A stretch of 64,000 nt of DNA from an uncultured Gammaproteobacteria bacterium. Its GTDB lineage: Bacteria > Patescibacteriota > Patescibacteriia > Veblenbacterales > UBA10138. The notes under the pieces were generated by a model. That model was not told where the DNA came from and made no database searches. It was given only the letters and a program-made list of their open reading frames with translations. Of this stretch, positions 39,449-50,377 are shown piece after piece; position 1 is the stretch's first letter, and each line of letters opens with the position of its first letter. Location: contig CAYGDX010000002.1 of the NCBI GenBank assembly GCA_964348825.1, forward strand, positions 80,609 to 144,608. Direction: 5' to 3'. The translations under genes and the position numbers were made by a program.

Positions 39449-40553
39449 TTACTTACCAGCCACTTGCCTCAACCTCGCCTCAATAAACTCTATCAACTTA
39501 CCCTCAAGCACACTGTCGGGATCATTTGATTCAAATCCCGTGCGATGATCTTTCACCAACTTATATGGATGTAAAACATACGAACGCGCTTGATTGCCCC
39601 ACTCAGCACTTTTAAATTCACCACGCAACTTTTTCTTATCACTTTGTAATTTATCTTCAGCCAATTGCCAAAGTTTAGCGCGTAGATATTTCATAGCTTG
39701 TTCTTTATTTTGCATTTGTGAACGCTCATTTTGACATTGTACTGTGATACCAGTAGGAATGTGCACAATGCGCACGGCAGAATAAGTTGTGTTCACCGAC
39801 TGCCCGCCATGCCCACCCGACATAAAAGTATCAACCCGTAAATCTTTAGGATCAATTTCCACTGCCGCTGTATCAGGTAATTCTGGTAAAACTTCTACCA
39901 GAACAAATGAAGTATGACGCATTTTTTCGGCATCAAATGGAGAAATGCGCACCAACCGATGCACACCCGCTTCGCATTTTAAATATCCATAAGCCAGTCG
40001 CCCTGAAATTTTCAGTAAACAACTTTTTATACCAGCTTCCTGCCCACGAGATTCATCTAAAATCTCTACGTGCCACTTCTGCTCGTCACAAAAACGTAAA
40101 TACATTCGCCGCAGCATTTCAGCCCAATCTTGCGCGTCGGTACCACCAGCCCCAGCATGAATGGAAAGCAAAGCACTGACTTCGTCATATTCCCCGCCTA
40201 GAAGTTTTTTAAATTCCAACACTTCTAAACGCTTAAGTAAATCGGTATAAACTTTTTCAATTTCCTCGCGCAAAGAAACTAAACCATCGGTTTGGTCAGC
40301 ACTAGCCAATTCTAAAACTTCGGCCACCTCTTTAGTGAGTGACTCAAAAGATATTAAATCTTTTTGCAACGAATCGTGGGTACTAGAAATTTCCCGCGCC
40401 TGATTTTGATCCGCCCAAAAATCAGAAGCCGACATAGCTATTTCCAGCGCCGCAATTTTAGCTTTAAGACCGTTTGGGTCAAAGCCACCTCCCCGCCTCA
40501 AGGACACGGGATTCAAGCGCCTTAAGGTTACGAACTAAATCTGCTTCATGCAT
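39449..40553 (-). CDS. prfB: peptide chain release factor 2, with programmed +1 ribosomal frameshift
   Basis: GGQ and SPF motifs. ORF0 (MHEADLVRNLKALESRVLEAGRWL) ends at CUU UGA C at 40478-40484, preceded by an SD-like GGGAGGUGG. The +1 frame continues as LDPNGLKAKIAALE... Confidence 0.9.
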
Positions 40554-40779
40554 ACCCAGAATATCAACTTGGCTACGCCAAAATAAAGCGTAGAAAAGTT
40601 AGTAGTTAATGATTAAATAATAATTTAAGATGAATAACATATTCTCAAGCCAGTTTGGCGAAAGCTTTAAGCCAAGTTGTATTACTGAGCATATAGTTTG
40701 ATGATAATGGAAAAATGTAAAAAAATAAAGGATCGCCTGTTTTCACAAACGACCCTTCTAAAATTTACGTTAACGACAA

Positions 40780-41484
40780 TTAGTCGTCACTTGAACTACC
40801 TTTATTCCCCATAATCCTGAGTAGAGTGATAAACAAGTTTATCACATCTAAGTAGATAGCAAGCGCACAATCAACCGCATTATCCATTGTGTGCGGTAAT
40901 CGTACTGCACGATTCCAATCATATATAATGTACAGTGAAAATAATATAGCCGCACCGTACTCAATGTAAGGCATGTACCATATTGATTCACTAACACCAA
41001 TCGCGGCCATAACAGCTTGCCCAAAACGAACAAACACTAAAGCCAGCAACGCTCCAAACAAATATATACCCCAACTTTCGAGGGATTTTGGTACCATTAT
41101 ACCTATGATTGACGTAACAAGTGTTACGCCCATTGTGGCCATCAAAGCAGTGATTACGACACCGGTTTGGTGCATAGCCACAGTTGGACCGGTAATAATT
41201 CCTAGACCGACCACTACCATGGTGTATCCGAGAAGTGATACAAACCAATTATTACTTTTCAATGTTATGAATATACCAATAATTGGAATGCCCAAACCAA
41301 TAATTAATACTGGCCAAATACTTTCCGGATGCCATGACATAGTAAACCATGCCAATATACCGGAAACCACTAAACCGTAAACTGTGAAGCCACACACCGC
41401 CGCTACATATACTCCAAGTGACATGGTGTTTTGACCGCCCTTGTCAGCGCGATCCCAAACCGAACTTCCTAAACTACTACCCAT
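40780..41484 (-). CDS. Bax inhibitor-1/YccA family membrane protein
   Basis: 7-TM protein with the C-terminal signature ...AIYLDVINLFITLLRIMG. Confidence 0.7.
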   Translation of the reverse strand: MGSSLGSSVWDRADKGGQNTMSLGVYVAAVCGFTVYGLVVSGILAWFTMSWHPESIWPVLIIGLGIPIIGIFITLKSNNWFVSLLGYTMVVVGLGIITGPTVAMHQTGVVITALMATMGVTLVTSIIGIMVPKSLESWGIYLFGALLALVFVRFGQAVMAAIGVSESIWYMPYIEYGAAILFSLYIIYDWNRAVRLPHTMDNAVDCALAIYLDVINLFITLLRIMGNKGSSSDD

Positions 41485-41542
41485 TGTATTTCCTCATTAT
41501 ATTATTTTTTTAATTTGTGAATTGTGTTTGATTATTTAAAAT

Positions 41543-41917
41543 TTAATGACTTTTTCTTTTTCCAAACTTAAAACCACCAAGCATAAACCGCAAAGCGACT
41601 AATAATATTCCGATTGATAGAAGTGGTGCTATTGCACTTTGATCTACGAATAATGCGTAAGCAACTATTCCTAAACCCAGAGTAATTAGAATATTTTTTG
41701 GTTTTTTTATAAATGCTTTTAAAGCTTCCCAAATTTCGGGAAGTAAAAAACCAATTACTGAAACGCCAACTACCCATTCCCATCCGACTACAAAACCTGT
41801 TAGTAAACTTAACGGCCAAGGAATAAGAAGTAACCATTTGCGCGGTCGGGCTGGAATTTTGTTATACATTCGGCATAAGAATGCCGTGCCAAGTGGCAAC
41901 AACAACAATATCTCCAT
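41543..41917 (-). CDS. hypothetical membrane protein
   Basis: 124-aa ORF with 3-4 TM helices. Confidence 0.4.
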   Translation of the reverse strand: MEILLLLPLGTAFLCRMYNKIPARPRKWLLLIPWPLSLLTGFVVGWEWVVGVSVIGFLLPEIWEALKAFIKKPKNILITLGLGIVAYALFVDQSAIAPLLSIGILLVALRFMLGGFKFGKRKSH

Positions 41918-42126
41918 TATTTTCTCTTTCTATATGTGTGATTCAAATTGTTAAAGAACATAATATAATAGCGTATTTTGATAGCTTTGTCAATGGTTAT
42001 GTAACAAAAATACATCAAATTTGGCTAACATTTGAGTAAATAAACTACAAAATTGATATTTTTGAGAGATTGCTTCGCTTCGCCCTTTTGGGCTTCGCTC
42101 GCAATGACATTTTGCTCGCCTACTCA

Positions 42127-42822
42127 CTACTTGCTACTAGCTATTTGCTCCGTGCTAACTTCAGTGGAAGTTTTAAGCCACCGCACTCCCAAATAAGCCA
42201 GTGGAGTTTCAATAATTGAAAAAAATATTTTAAGTAACCAGTACGGCAAAATCAGCGCCACCATTTTACTTAAATCATAAGCGGGTGTGACTAAATAAAA
42301 TGCCACAAAAATAAATACCGTGGTATCAACCAGCTGACTAATAAAATTAGATAAATTGGTGCGTAGCCAAAATAATTTATTAGCCCACATCTGCCGCATT
42401 TTATTAAACACTAAAACATCGAGAAATTCACTTAAAGCAAAAGCGGTTAAACTAGCTAAAATAATCCGCAGTGAATTGCCAAACACACTTTGATAGGCCT
42501 CATTGTTATGATAAAAACTAGCCGATGGTAAAATTCTCGCCACATATACCATTACAAATAAAAAAATTAAAACATAAAGTCCACTGCGCACAAAATTACG
42601 CGCCCGTTCCTTACCTACTACTTCACTCACTACATCATTTATCACAAAAGTTATTGGGAGGGCCAAAATCCCCACTGAAGTTGCTACACCAAAAATAGTA
42701 ATTAATTTACTACCCAATAACTCAGCGGCCACTACCGCCGCAATATATATGGCCAGTAAATAATCCAAACGCTGATCAAGTTTTAACATAAGATTTTTTG
42801 TAATTAAGAAGTAAGGTACCAC
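42127..42822 (-). CDS. VUT-family transporter (YhhQ / queuosine-precursor transporter family, DUF165)
   Basis: Matches YhhQ across the conserved C-half (ASLTAFALSEFLDVLVFNKMRQ...LRTNLSNFISQLVDTTVFIFVAF). The start probably lies at a downstream Met, as the track's start overlaps the upstream gene. Confidence 0.7.
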   Translation of the reverse strand: MVPYFLITKNLMLKLDQRLDYLLAIYIAAVVAAELLGSKLITIFGVATSVGILALPITFVINDVVSEVVGKERARNFVRSGLYVLIFLFVMVYVARILPSASFYHNNEAYQSVFGNSLRIILASLTAFALSEFLDVLVFNKMRQMWANKLFWLRTNLSNFISQLVDTTVFIFVAFYLVTPAYDLSKMVALILPYWLLKIFFSIIETPLAYLGVRWLKTSTEVSTEQIASSK

Positions 42823-43303
42823 GCTTATTTAAACGCTTCACACTCAAGAGCACAAAACTACGCGTGGGTATGAGTTTATTAAACAATGGTAAACCATTAC
42901 CAAAAATCAATGGTTCAATGGTTAATTGAATTTCATCGATTTTATTTTTTAGTAAGAACCAATTATAAACTTCGGTGCCACCTAGCACGGCTATTTTAAA
43001 ATATTTATATTTTTTTAACACGCTAAATAAATTAACCTTAGCTGGATTAACATAAATCACATTGCCGCGCTCTACTAAAATATCGTACCGGCGCGTAAAC
43101 ACAATACAATTTCTATTTACCAGTCGATCCTTAACTAACTTAAAAGTATTAGCACCAATAATTATAACATCGCACTTATCCATTTCAGCGTGCAAATAAT
43201 CTTTGTCTTCCGGGCTTCCCCAATCGCTAATATGATTTTTACGCTTAGCAATTTTACCATCAATCGTAACGACCGCGAGAAGAGTAAAATATAGTTGTTT
43301 CAT
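42776..43303 (-). CDS. dihydrofolate-reductase-family protein (RibD C-terminal domain-like reductase)
   Basis: TIDGKIA...SDWGSPEDKDYLH...CDVIIIGANTF...AVLGGTEVYNWFL...IEPLIFGNGLPLF...LLNYK fits RibD_C/DHFR-like proteins. Confidence 0.65.
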   Translation of the reverse strand: MKQLYFTLLAVVTIDGKIAKRKNHISDWGSPEDKDYLHAEMDKCDVIIIGANTFKLVKDRLVNRNCIVFTRRYDILVERGNVIYVNPAKVNLFSVLKKYKYFKIAVLGGTEVYNWFLLKNKIDEIQLTIEPLIFGNGLPLFNKLIPTRSFVLLSVKRLNKRGTLLLNYKKSYVKT

Positions 43304-44022
43304 AATTTTTTTTCAAAAACTTTAAGAAGTGATGCATAAATATCATCACCATCTGGAATTATTAAATCGGCCGCGAAATTTTCATCACTAAAAACAATAC
43401 TAGGCACATTTTTTATAATGGCGAGTGGTGTTTGCTCATTGCCCTCACCCATTACAAGAACTGCGGCGGCGGCTAAAGCATCGGGTATATTTACGGTGGT
43501 CATTTTTAATTTCCGTCCAAAAATATCAGGGCTACCCCGATAATCATAGAGTGGTTTAAAACCAGAAAATGCAATTGATATGCCAATCACACCCCAGCGC
43601 ATTGGTATAGTATGACTATCAGAAATTATAACGCCTAAATTTTTCAAGTGATCTCGCTTTTTTAAATACTGACCAATCTCGCGGGCCGCCGCTGTTGGAT
43701 TATTGGGCCACAAAATATAATAACCATCGGCATTGCTTTCATCAATACCAGCATTTGGTATTAGAGTATTTAATTTTATGGTAATAGCTACACCCGCTGT
43801 ATTACAACTGGGTGGTAAATATTTTTCGGCTTCACTTTTAACTAAATCTTCTTTCACTGCTTCACTTATTAAAACACAACGACCTTGGTGAATACTAACA
43901 ACTTTTGAAGTAACTACTACAATATCACCCTCGGCAAGTTCCGGTAAAGCTGAATCTAAAACTTCATATAAATTATCTTGAGGTGGTTTTAAAACACGAG
44001 TTTTAATAGGATAAATATTCAT
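43300..44022 (-). CDS. CofE-like gamma-glutamyl ligase (F420-0:glutamyl ligase family; FolC2-type)
   Basis: GDIVVVTSKVVSIHQGRCV and IISDSHTIPMRWGVIGISIAFSGFKPLYDYRG match CofE-family motifs. A 4-nt overlap with the downstream DHFR-like gene suggests an operon. Confidence 0.6.
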   Translation of the reverse strand: MNIYPIKTRVLKPPQDNLYEVLDSALPELAEGDIVVVTSKVVSIHQGRCVLISEAVKEDLVKSEAEKYLPPSCNTAGVAITIKLNTLIPNAGIDESNADGYYILWPNNPTAAAREIGQYLKKRDHLKNLGVIISDSHTIPMRWGVIGISIAFSGFKPLYDYRGSPDIFGRKLKMTTVNIPDALAAAAVLVMGEGNEQTPLAIIKNVPSIVFSDENFAADLIIPDGDDIYASLLKVFEKKL

Positions 44023-44267
44023 AAAATAAAACTAGCCAATTAAAGTCGGCTAGTTTTTAAAATTGAAAATAAAAAATAGCCGTTAATCACAAACGGCAGA
44101 ACCCGTACTTAAAACTACTAAGAAATATAATTTACCATTAACGTGTATCATGGCTTTATATTAGTTGGTTAAGTCAATATCGTCAATAGTTGACAAAATC
44201 ACCCCTCAAGCGTAAGTTAATGACGTAATAAATAAAATAAATAATTCGCAAAATCGTAACTTAATAA

Positions 44268-45548
<1,281 letters not shown>

Positions 45549-45579
45549 TCAAAAGTCAAATAAAAATAACGAACTGCCT

Positions 45580-45610
45580 AACGGATTAACATCAGTTAAT
45601 CCGTTTTTTA
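45580..45610 (+). terminator. rho-independent terminator of purA
   Basis: aacggattaac-atcag-ttaatccgtt perfect stem followed by TTTTTT. Confidence 0.6.
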
Positions 45611-45670
45611 TATATCAATAAAATAAAAAACGTCTGATTGCTAACCAGACGCTTCAAGATAAAGATTATT

Positions 45671-46240
45671 TTAATTATTTTTTACCACTTGAATAAACGG
45701 TAATTTTATTTGATCAATAATATCTTCAGATTTTATAGAATTATCAATTTTTTTACCAATTACCCGCCACAATTCCTCTGCTATCTTTTTTAAATTAACA
45801 CTATCAACGACAACCAGTGACGCTCCTGATATTTTAGGTAAATAATGAAGTTTAGCTTCAGCACTGTTATCATTATAAAGTAACACCGTCCATTTAGTTT
45901 TATCCACCTGATCCAACTCGTCTTGCTGAATAATAAATTTAACATCTACTAAATGGCAAGCATAATTTCCACCCAATACCGTAGATATTACTCTAACATC
46001 ATTACTACTGTAATTAGCCATCGCTGATTTTTGAAAAGGTAACAACTGGTTGTCATTCATATCATTACAACAAAGCGTCATACCAATATTACTATCAAAA
46101 AGATAAATATTGATGCCGTACTTTAAAAAAACCAAATGCCGAGTAATTTCTACTGGCGGATTATTTTTTACACCTAAAAACACTATGGAAATTTTATCTA
46201 ACAAATTAAAGAGCACTGTGGATGTCATTTTGTTGTTCAT
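45671..46240 (-). CDS. hypothetical protein
   Basis: 189-aa ORF with no recognisable motif. A terminator-like hairpin lies downstream at ~45620-45650. Confidence 0.4.
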   Translation of the reverse strand: MNNKMTSTVLFNLLDKISIVFLGVKNNPPVEITRHLVFLKYGINIYLFDSNIGMTLCCNDMNDNQLLPFQKSAMANYSSNDVRVISTVLGGNYACHLVDVKFIIQQDELDQVDKTKWTVLLYNDNSAEAKLHYLPKISGASLVVVDSVNLKKIAEELWRVIGKKIDNSIKSEDIIDQIKLPFIQVVKNN

Positions 46241-46451
46241 TAATATTTTCCTTTTATTTTAATTACTTGTTGAACAATTTTTTGATTTTATTTTCCTTAC
46301 TGTACCAAGTCCGCCCCAATCGGTCAAATAGCCAACGGCTTGATTTTATTCTATAATGAGAGTAAATTACATGGCACACTGCTTTTAATAATCAACCAAC
46401 CAATATACTTAATAACCCCACTTCGCCCTCGGGGCTTCGCGGGGCAAGCAT

Positions 46452-48959
46452 ATGGAAAACATTTTATCTAAATTCACCACTCACTATCAAAAAGTTTTAG
46501 GCACGGCTTTTAAACAAGCGGCGCTAAGTCGCCGCGTAAGTATTGAAGCGGCTGATTTGTTGGTGGCTCTAATATGTGAAAAAGGATCTTTGGCCTGCGA
46601 AATTTTGGAAAAACATCATATTACTTTATCTACCTTGCAAGAAAAGTTAGGCCTAGTTGCGGGCGATTTACCAAATACTCATTTGGAAACAGATGTACTA
46701 CAAGATCTTTTAGCCGAGCGATTAACTCCAACTGTTAAAAATATTATTGAAAAATCAGTGCTGACCGCTTGGCAACACCAGCATCATTATATTGGTTCCG
46801 AACATTTGCTATTTGCCTTAGTAAATTCCGATGAAGTAGAAGTGCGTGCGCTGTGGACCAGCTTGGGCACGGAATTAAAAAATATAAAATCTCAATTATC
46901 ATCGTTGCTTAAAAGCACTTCAAAATTTCCTGATCTGACTGAGGCCTTTATGGTTGATGAATTAGGTCGCGAAGAAAAACAATTAAAAGAAAAAACTCCA
47001 GCGCTTGATTTTTTCTGTACTGACCTAACGAGTCGTGAAATGCAAAATAAAATTGATCCGGTGGTGGGGCGCGAGCGAGAAATCGGCCGCTTAATAAATA
47101 TTCTAGCGCGGCGTACTAAAAATAATCCCCTACTCTTAGGCGATCCAGGGGTTGGTAAAACTGCAATTGTAGAAGGACTAGCTAAAAGAATTGCCGAAGG
47201 CGTAGTGCCAGAATTTTTGCAAGATAAAAAAATATTCGCCCTTGATTTAGGGTTGGTAGTGGCTGGCACAATGTACCGCGGTGAATTTGAAGGCCGACTT
47301 AAACAAATTTTAGATGAGTTAAAAGCTAATCCAGAAATTATTTTATTTATTGATGAAATTCATACTATCATTGGTACGGGTAGTGCTCCTGGCACGCTAG
47401 ATCTCGCTAATATGCTAAAACCAGCTCTGGCCAAAGGTTTAATTCGTTGTATTGGCGCGACTACTCAAGAAGAATATAAAAAATCCATTGAATCCGATGC
47501 GGCGTTGGAGCGACGTTTCCAAGTGGTACAAGTATTAGAACCAAGCCCTGAAGAAACGATTGAAGTACTAAAAGGTTTACGACACGCTTACGAAACTTTT
47601 CATCAAGTACAAATTACCGACGAAGCAATTATTGCCGCTGTGCAAATGTCGGAACGGTATTTACCAGAAAAATTTTTACCTGACAAGGCCATTGATTTAT
47701 TAGATGAAGCCGCTTCGTTTTTAAAAACTAAAAATAATATCGGTGGCACCGCGCGTCTTGAGAGAGAATTAAAAGAGCAATTAAAAAAATTAATGGCCGA
47801 CAAGGAAATAGCCATCAAGCAAGAAAATTTTGATTTAGCTACCACTCACCAATTGAACGAAAAAAATATTTTACACGAACTAAAAACCTTAAATCAAGCT
47901 AAATTGATGAATGTTAAAGAAATATTTGGTACAATCGCCCGAGCTGATGTCGCTCAAATTATCAATCAAATTACTGGCGTACCGGCCTCTGAACTTGAGG
48001 CCGAAGGTAAAACCAAGCTAGTTAATTTAGAATCAATTTTAAACAGTCGAGTGATTGGACAAAACCAAGCGGTAGCACAAATAACACAAGTAGTAAAACG
48101 CGCCCGGCTAGGCCTTGGCAACACCAACAAACCAATCGGCTCATTTTTGTTTCTTGGCCCCTCTGGTGTTGGTAAAACAGAACTAGCCAAACTCATTGCT
48201 GAAATTGCGTTTGAAGATAAAGAGGCTTTAGTGCGCCTTGATATGTCGGAATTTGCCGAAAGTTTTAATATCTCCAAAATGATTGGCGCGCCCGCTGGCT
48301 ACGTGGGCTACAAAGAATCAAACAAGTTAACTGATCAAGTGCGCCGTAAACCAAGCACGGTAGTTTTATTTGATGAAATTGAAAAAGCTCATCCTGATAT
48401 TTTTAATCTGCTTCTCCAAATTTTAGATGAGGGACATTTAACTGATGCGGCTGGTAAAAAAGTAAATTTTAAAAATACTTTAATAATAATGACTTCTAAT
48501 TTGGGGCTGGCTGAAACTCAAAACCAAGGCCGACTTGGTTTTGGTGGTAGTAGTCAAACTTCTGGCAACGACACTGATAACTGGGCTGAAACAAAAGTAC
48601 GATTGCTTAGTGAAGTTAAAAAATTCTTTAAGCCCGAATTTCTAAATCGCTTAGAAGGCACTATAATTTTTAATCCACTGGGAATTAATGAACTTGCTAA
48701 AATAGTAGAATTGCAAGTGGCGGAAATAAATGACCGCTTACTCAAACAAAAAATTAATTGTAAATTAACTTTGGCGCGTGGGGTGGCTATAGCCGCAGCC
48801 AAACTCACTTACTCGCCCGACGAAGGCGCCCGCGCTCTAAAACGCTTCTTACAAACTGAAGTGGAAGATAGACTGAGCGAAAAGTTATTAGTTAGTGATA
48901 AATTACCGAGCAAAATTACAATTAAAGTTAAAAACGGGAAAGTGGAACTGGGTAGTTAA
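46452..48959 (+). CDS. clpC: Clp/Hsp100 family AAA+ ATPase (ClpC-like, two nucleotide-binding domains)
   Basis: Clp N-domain repeats. D1 Walker A (GDPGVGKTAIVEGLA) and D2 Walker A (GPSGVGKTELAK), plus sensor motifs. The middle domain is short. Confidence 0.8.
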   Translation: MENILSKFTTHYQKVLGTAFKQAALSRRVSIEAADLLVALICEKGSLACEILEKHHITLSTLQEKLGLVAGDLPNTHLETDVLQDLLAERLTPTVKNIIEKSVLTAWQHQHHYIGSEHLLFALVNSDEVEVRALWTSLGTELKNIKSQLSSLLKSTSKFPDLTEAFMVDELGREEKQLKEKTPALDFFCTDLTSREMQNKIDPVVGREREIGRLINILARRTKNNPLLLGDPGVGKTAIVEGLAKRIAEGVVPEFLQDKKIFALDLGLVVAGTMYRGEFEGRLKQILDELKANPEIILFIDEIHTIIGTGSAPGTLDLANMLKPALAKGLIRCIGATTQEEYKKSIESDAALERRFQVVQVLEPSPEETIEVLKGLRHAYETFHQVQITDEAIIAAVQMSERYLPEKFLPDKAIDLLDEAASFLKTKNNIGGTARLERELKEQLKKLMADKEIAIKQENFDLATTHQLNEKNILHELKTLNQAKLMNVKEIFGTIARADVAQIINQITGVPASELEAEGKTKLVNLESILNSRVIGQNQAVAQITQVVKRARLGLGNTNKPIGSFLFLGPSGVGKTELAKLIAEIAFEDKEALVRLDMSEFAESFNISKMIGAPAGYVGYKESNKLTDQVRRKPSTVVLFDEIEKAHPDIFNLLLQILDEGHLTDAAGKKVNFKNTLIIMTSNLGLAETQNQGRLGFGGSSQTSGNDTDNWAETKVRLLSEVKKFFKPEFLNRLEGTIIFNPLGINELAKIVELQVAEINDRLLKQKINCKLTLARGVAIAAAKLTYSPDEGARALKRFLQTEVEDRLSEKLLVSDKLPSKITIKVKNGKVELGS

Positions 48960-48969
48960 GTAAGACTCT

Positions 48970-49052
48970 TCACTAGAACATTAGATCACTAGATCATAAG
49001 AACAAAAAGTTTTTTATTAATAATGTTCTAATGTTTAAATGTTTTAGTGTTC
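48970..49052. repeat. palindromic intergenic repeat, ctagaacac family, copy R7
   Basis: Near-exact reverse complement of copy R8 (57640-57727). Confidence 0.6.
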
Positions 49053-49136
49053 AATAAATAATACTTGGGATTTAAACAATTTGGATTTATTTAGGATTTA
49101 GATATTCGGATTTAGAATTTTAAATAAAACGCCCTT

Positions 49137-49883
49137 GTGTCTACCCTTGATTCAGAAATCAAACCATCAAAATTAAAATCCACTTTAAATTGGCTCACCG
49201 ACGCTCTTTTTCCCCGCCGTTGCCTCAAATGTGGCTACTTTGACACTTGGTTGTGTTTCAAATGTTTATCTGAACTGCAATTTAAACGCCAACTCCACTG
49301 TCCAGCTTGTACTATAGCTACGACGATTGGTGAATTTTGTAATAATTGTAAAACAAGTCATTTTTTAAATGGTGTGTGGAGCGCTCAACCTTATGGCAAT
49401 AAATTAATCAAACAGTTAATCCACGATTTAAAATTTGAATACATTTCCGAAATTGCGGATCACTTAGGACATTTAATGGTGGTAGCCTTGCAAACCTTTA
49501 CTCTACCACCCGCTTGGCACGCTATTCCAAAAGATAAATGGCAACTAGTACCCATTCCACTGGCAAATAATCGCCTGCGTAAGCGTGGTTATAATCAGGC
49601 ACTGAAACTTTCAGAAAAAGTAAGTGCAGAAATGAATTTAGAAATAATAGAAATTTTAGAGCGTACACGCGACACTTTACAACAAAGCAAGCTAGCGCCA
49701 GAATTAAAAAATACCAATCTTAAAAATGCTTTTCAAATTAAATCCGGAATAAATTTGAATGGCGGCGCTTTTATATTAGTCGATGATGTGTATACTTCCG
49801 GCGCTACTTTAGAAGAAGCGGCGCGAATTCTAAAACAAGCGGGAGCGAGCGAAGTATGGGGCCTAACCGCGGCGTATGGATAA
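49137..49883 (+). CDS. comFC: ComF family protein (ComFC, phosphoribosyltransferase domain plus N-terminal zinc finger)
   Basis: CxxC...CxxC N-terminus and the PRTase motif FILVDDVYTSGATLEEA. Apparent GTG start. Confidence 0.75.
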   Translation: MSTLDSEIKPSKLKSTLNWLTDALFPRRCLKCGYFDTWLCFKCLSELQFKRQLHCPACTIATTIGEFCNNCKTSHFLNGVWSAQPYGNKLIKQLIHDLKFEYISEIADHLGHLMVVALQTFTLPPAWHAIPKDKWQLVPIPLANNRLRKRGYNQALKLSEKVSAEMNLEIIEILERTRDTLQQSKLAPELKNTNLKNAFQIKSGINLNGGAFILVDDVYTSGATLEEAARILKQAGASEVWGLTAAYG

Positions 49884-49894
49884 AATTATTTATT

Positions 49895-49932
49895 AAAAAA
49901 TATCTCAATGGTTTATCATTGAGATATTTTTT
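49895..49932 (+). terminator. rho-independent terminator of comFC
   Basis: 16-bp perfect inverted repeat aaaaaatatctcaatg/cattgagatatttttt. Confidence 0.55.
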
Positions 49933-49934
49933 AA

Positions 49935-50040
49935 TTCGGAGAGAGTGGGATTTTCTTTCAGACCTGGGTTGTCTGGCGCTTCGCGCATCAGACAACCCTT
50001 CAAATCCCACCGCGAGTCAAGCAATTGACTCGCTTATTAA
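49935..50040. repeat. structured region carrying a 20-nt duplicate of the tRNA-Ser(GCU) 3' end plus internal long hairpins (tRNA-fragment/att-like remnant)
   Basis: ttcggagagagtgggatttt (49935-49954) matches the 50051-50070 end of the genuine tRNA. Internal gtgggattt/aaatcccac and gggttgtctg/cagacaaccc stems. Confidence 0.45.
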
Positions 50041-50052
50041 ATTAAATTAATT

Positions 50053-50139
50053 CGGAGAGAGTGGGATTTGAACCCACGGGACCTCTTACGAGGTCACAGG
50101 TTAGCAACCTGTTGCCTTAGACCGCTCGGCCACCTCTCC
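50053..50139 (-). tRNA. tRNA-Ser (anticodon GCU), no encoded CCA
   Basis: Hand-folded: acceptor GGAGAGG/TCTCTCC, anticodon loop UUGCUAA, long variable arm, T-loop GGTTCAAATCC, discriminator G. Confidence 0.8.
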
Positions 50140-50157
50140 ACGATTTATTTTTATAAC

Positions 50158-50248
50158 TGGCGGAGGCGGGAGGATTCGAACCCCCGATACCCTTTTGGGG
50201 TATAGCAGTTTTCAAGACTGCCGCCATCAACCACTCGGCCACGCCTCC
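50158..50248 (-). tRNA. tRNA-Ser (anticodon UGA), CCA encoded
   Basis: Acceptor GGAGGCG/CGCCTCC, anticodon loop CUUGAAA, long variable arm, T-loop GGTTCGAATCC, discriminator G, plus CCA. Confidence 0.8.
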
Positions 50249-50377
50249 AATATGATATAAAATTGCTACCTCAGTATAGCCAGCAAATAACAAAATGTCA
50301 ATTATATAAATAAAAAAGCCAAAGCGGTAAATTGCCTTGGCATTATTCTTATTTTTTAATTTACTGAACAGAAGGTA

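Noticed and set aside
40562-40690. Long-range inverted repeat (caacttggct...cgccaaa / tttggcg...agccaagttg) in the prfB 5' region as a possible riboswitch
   Set aside because: Only ~10-12 bp of complementarity separated by ~90 nt, with no recognisable conserved core. Insufficient evidence beyond chance in AT-rich sequence.
46300-46340. CtsR-like GGTCAAA box upstream of clpC
   Set aside because: Only a single heptad is present (cGGTCAAAtagCCAACGG). The second direct repeat required for a CtsR operator is missing.
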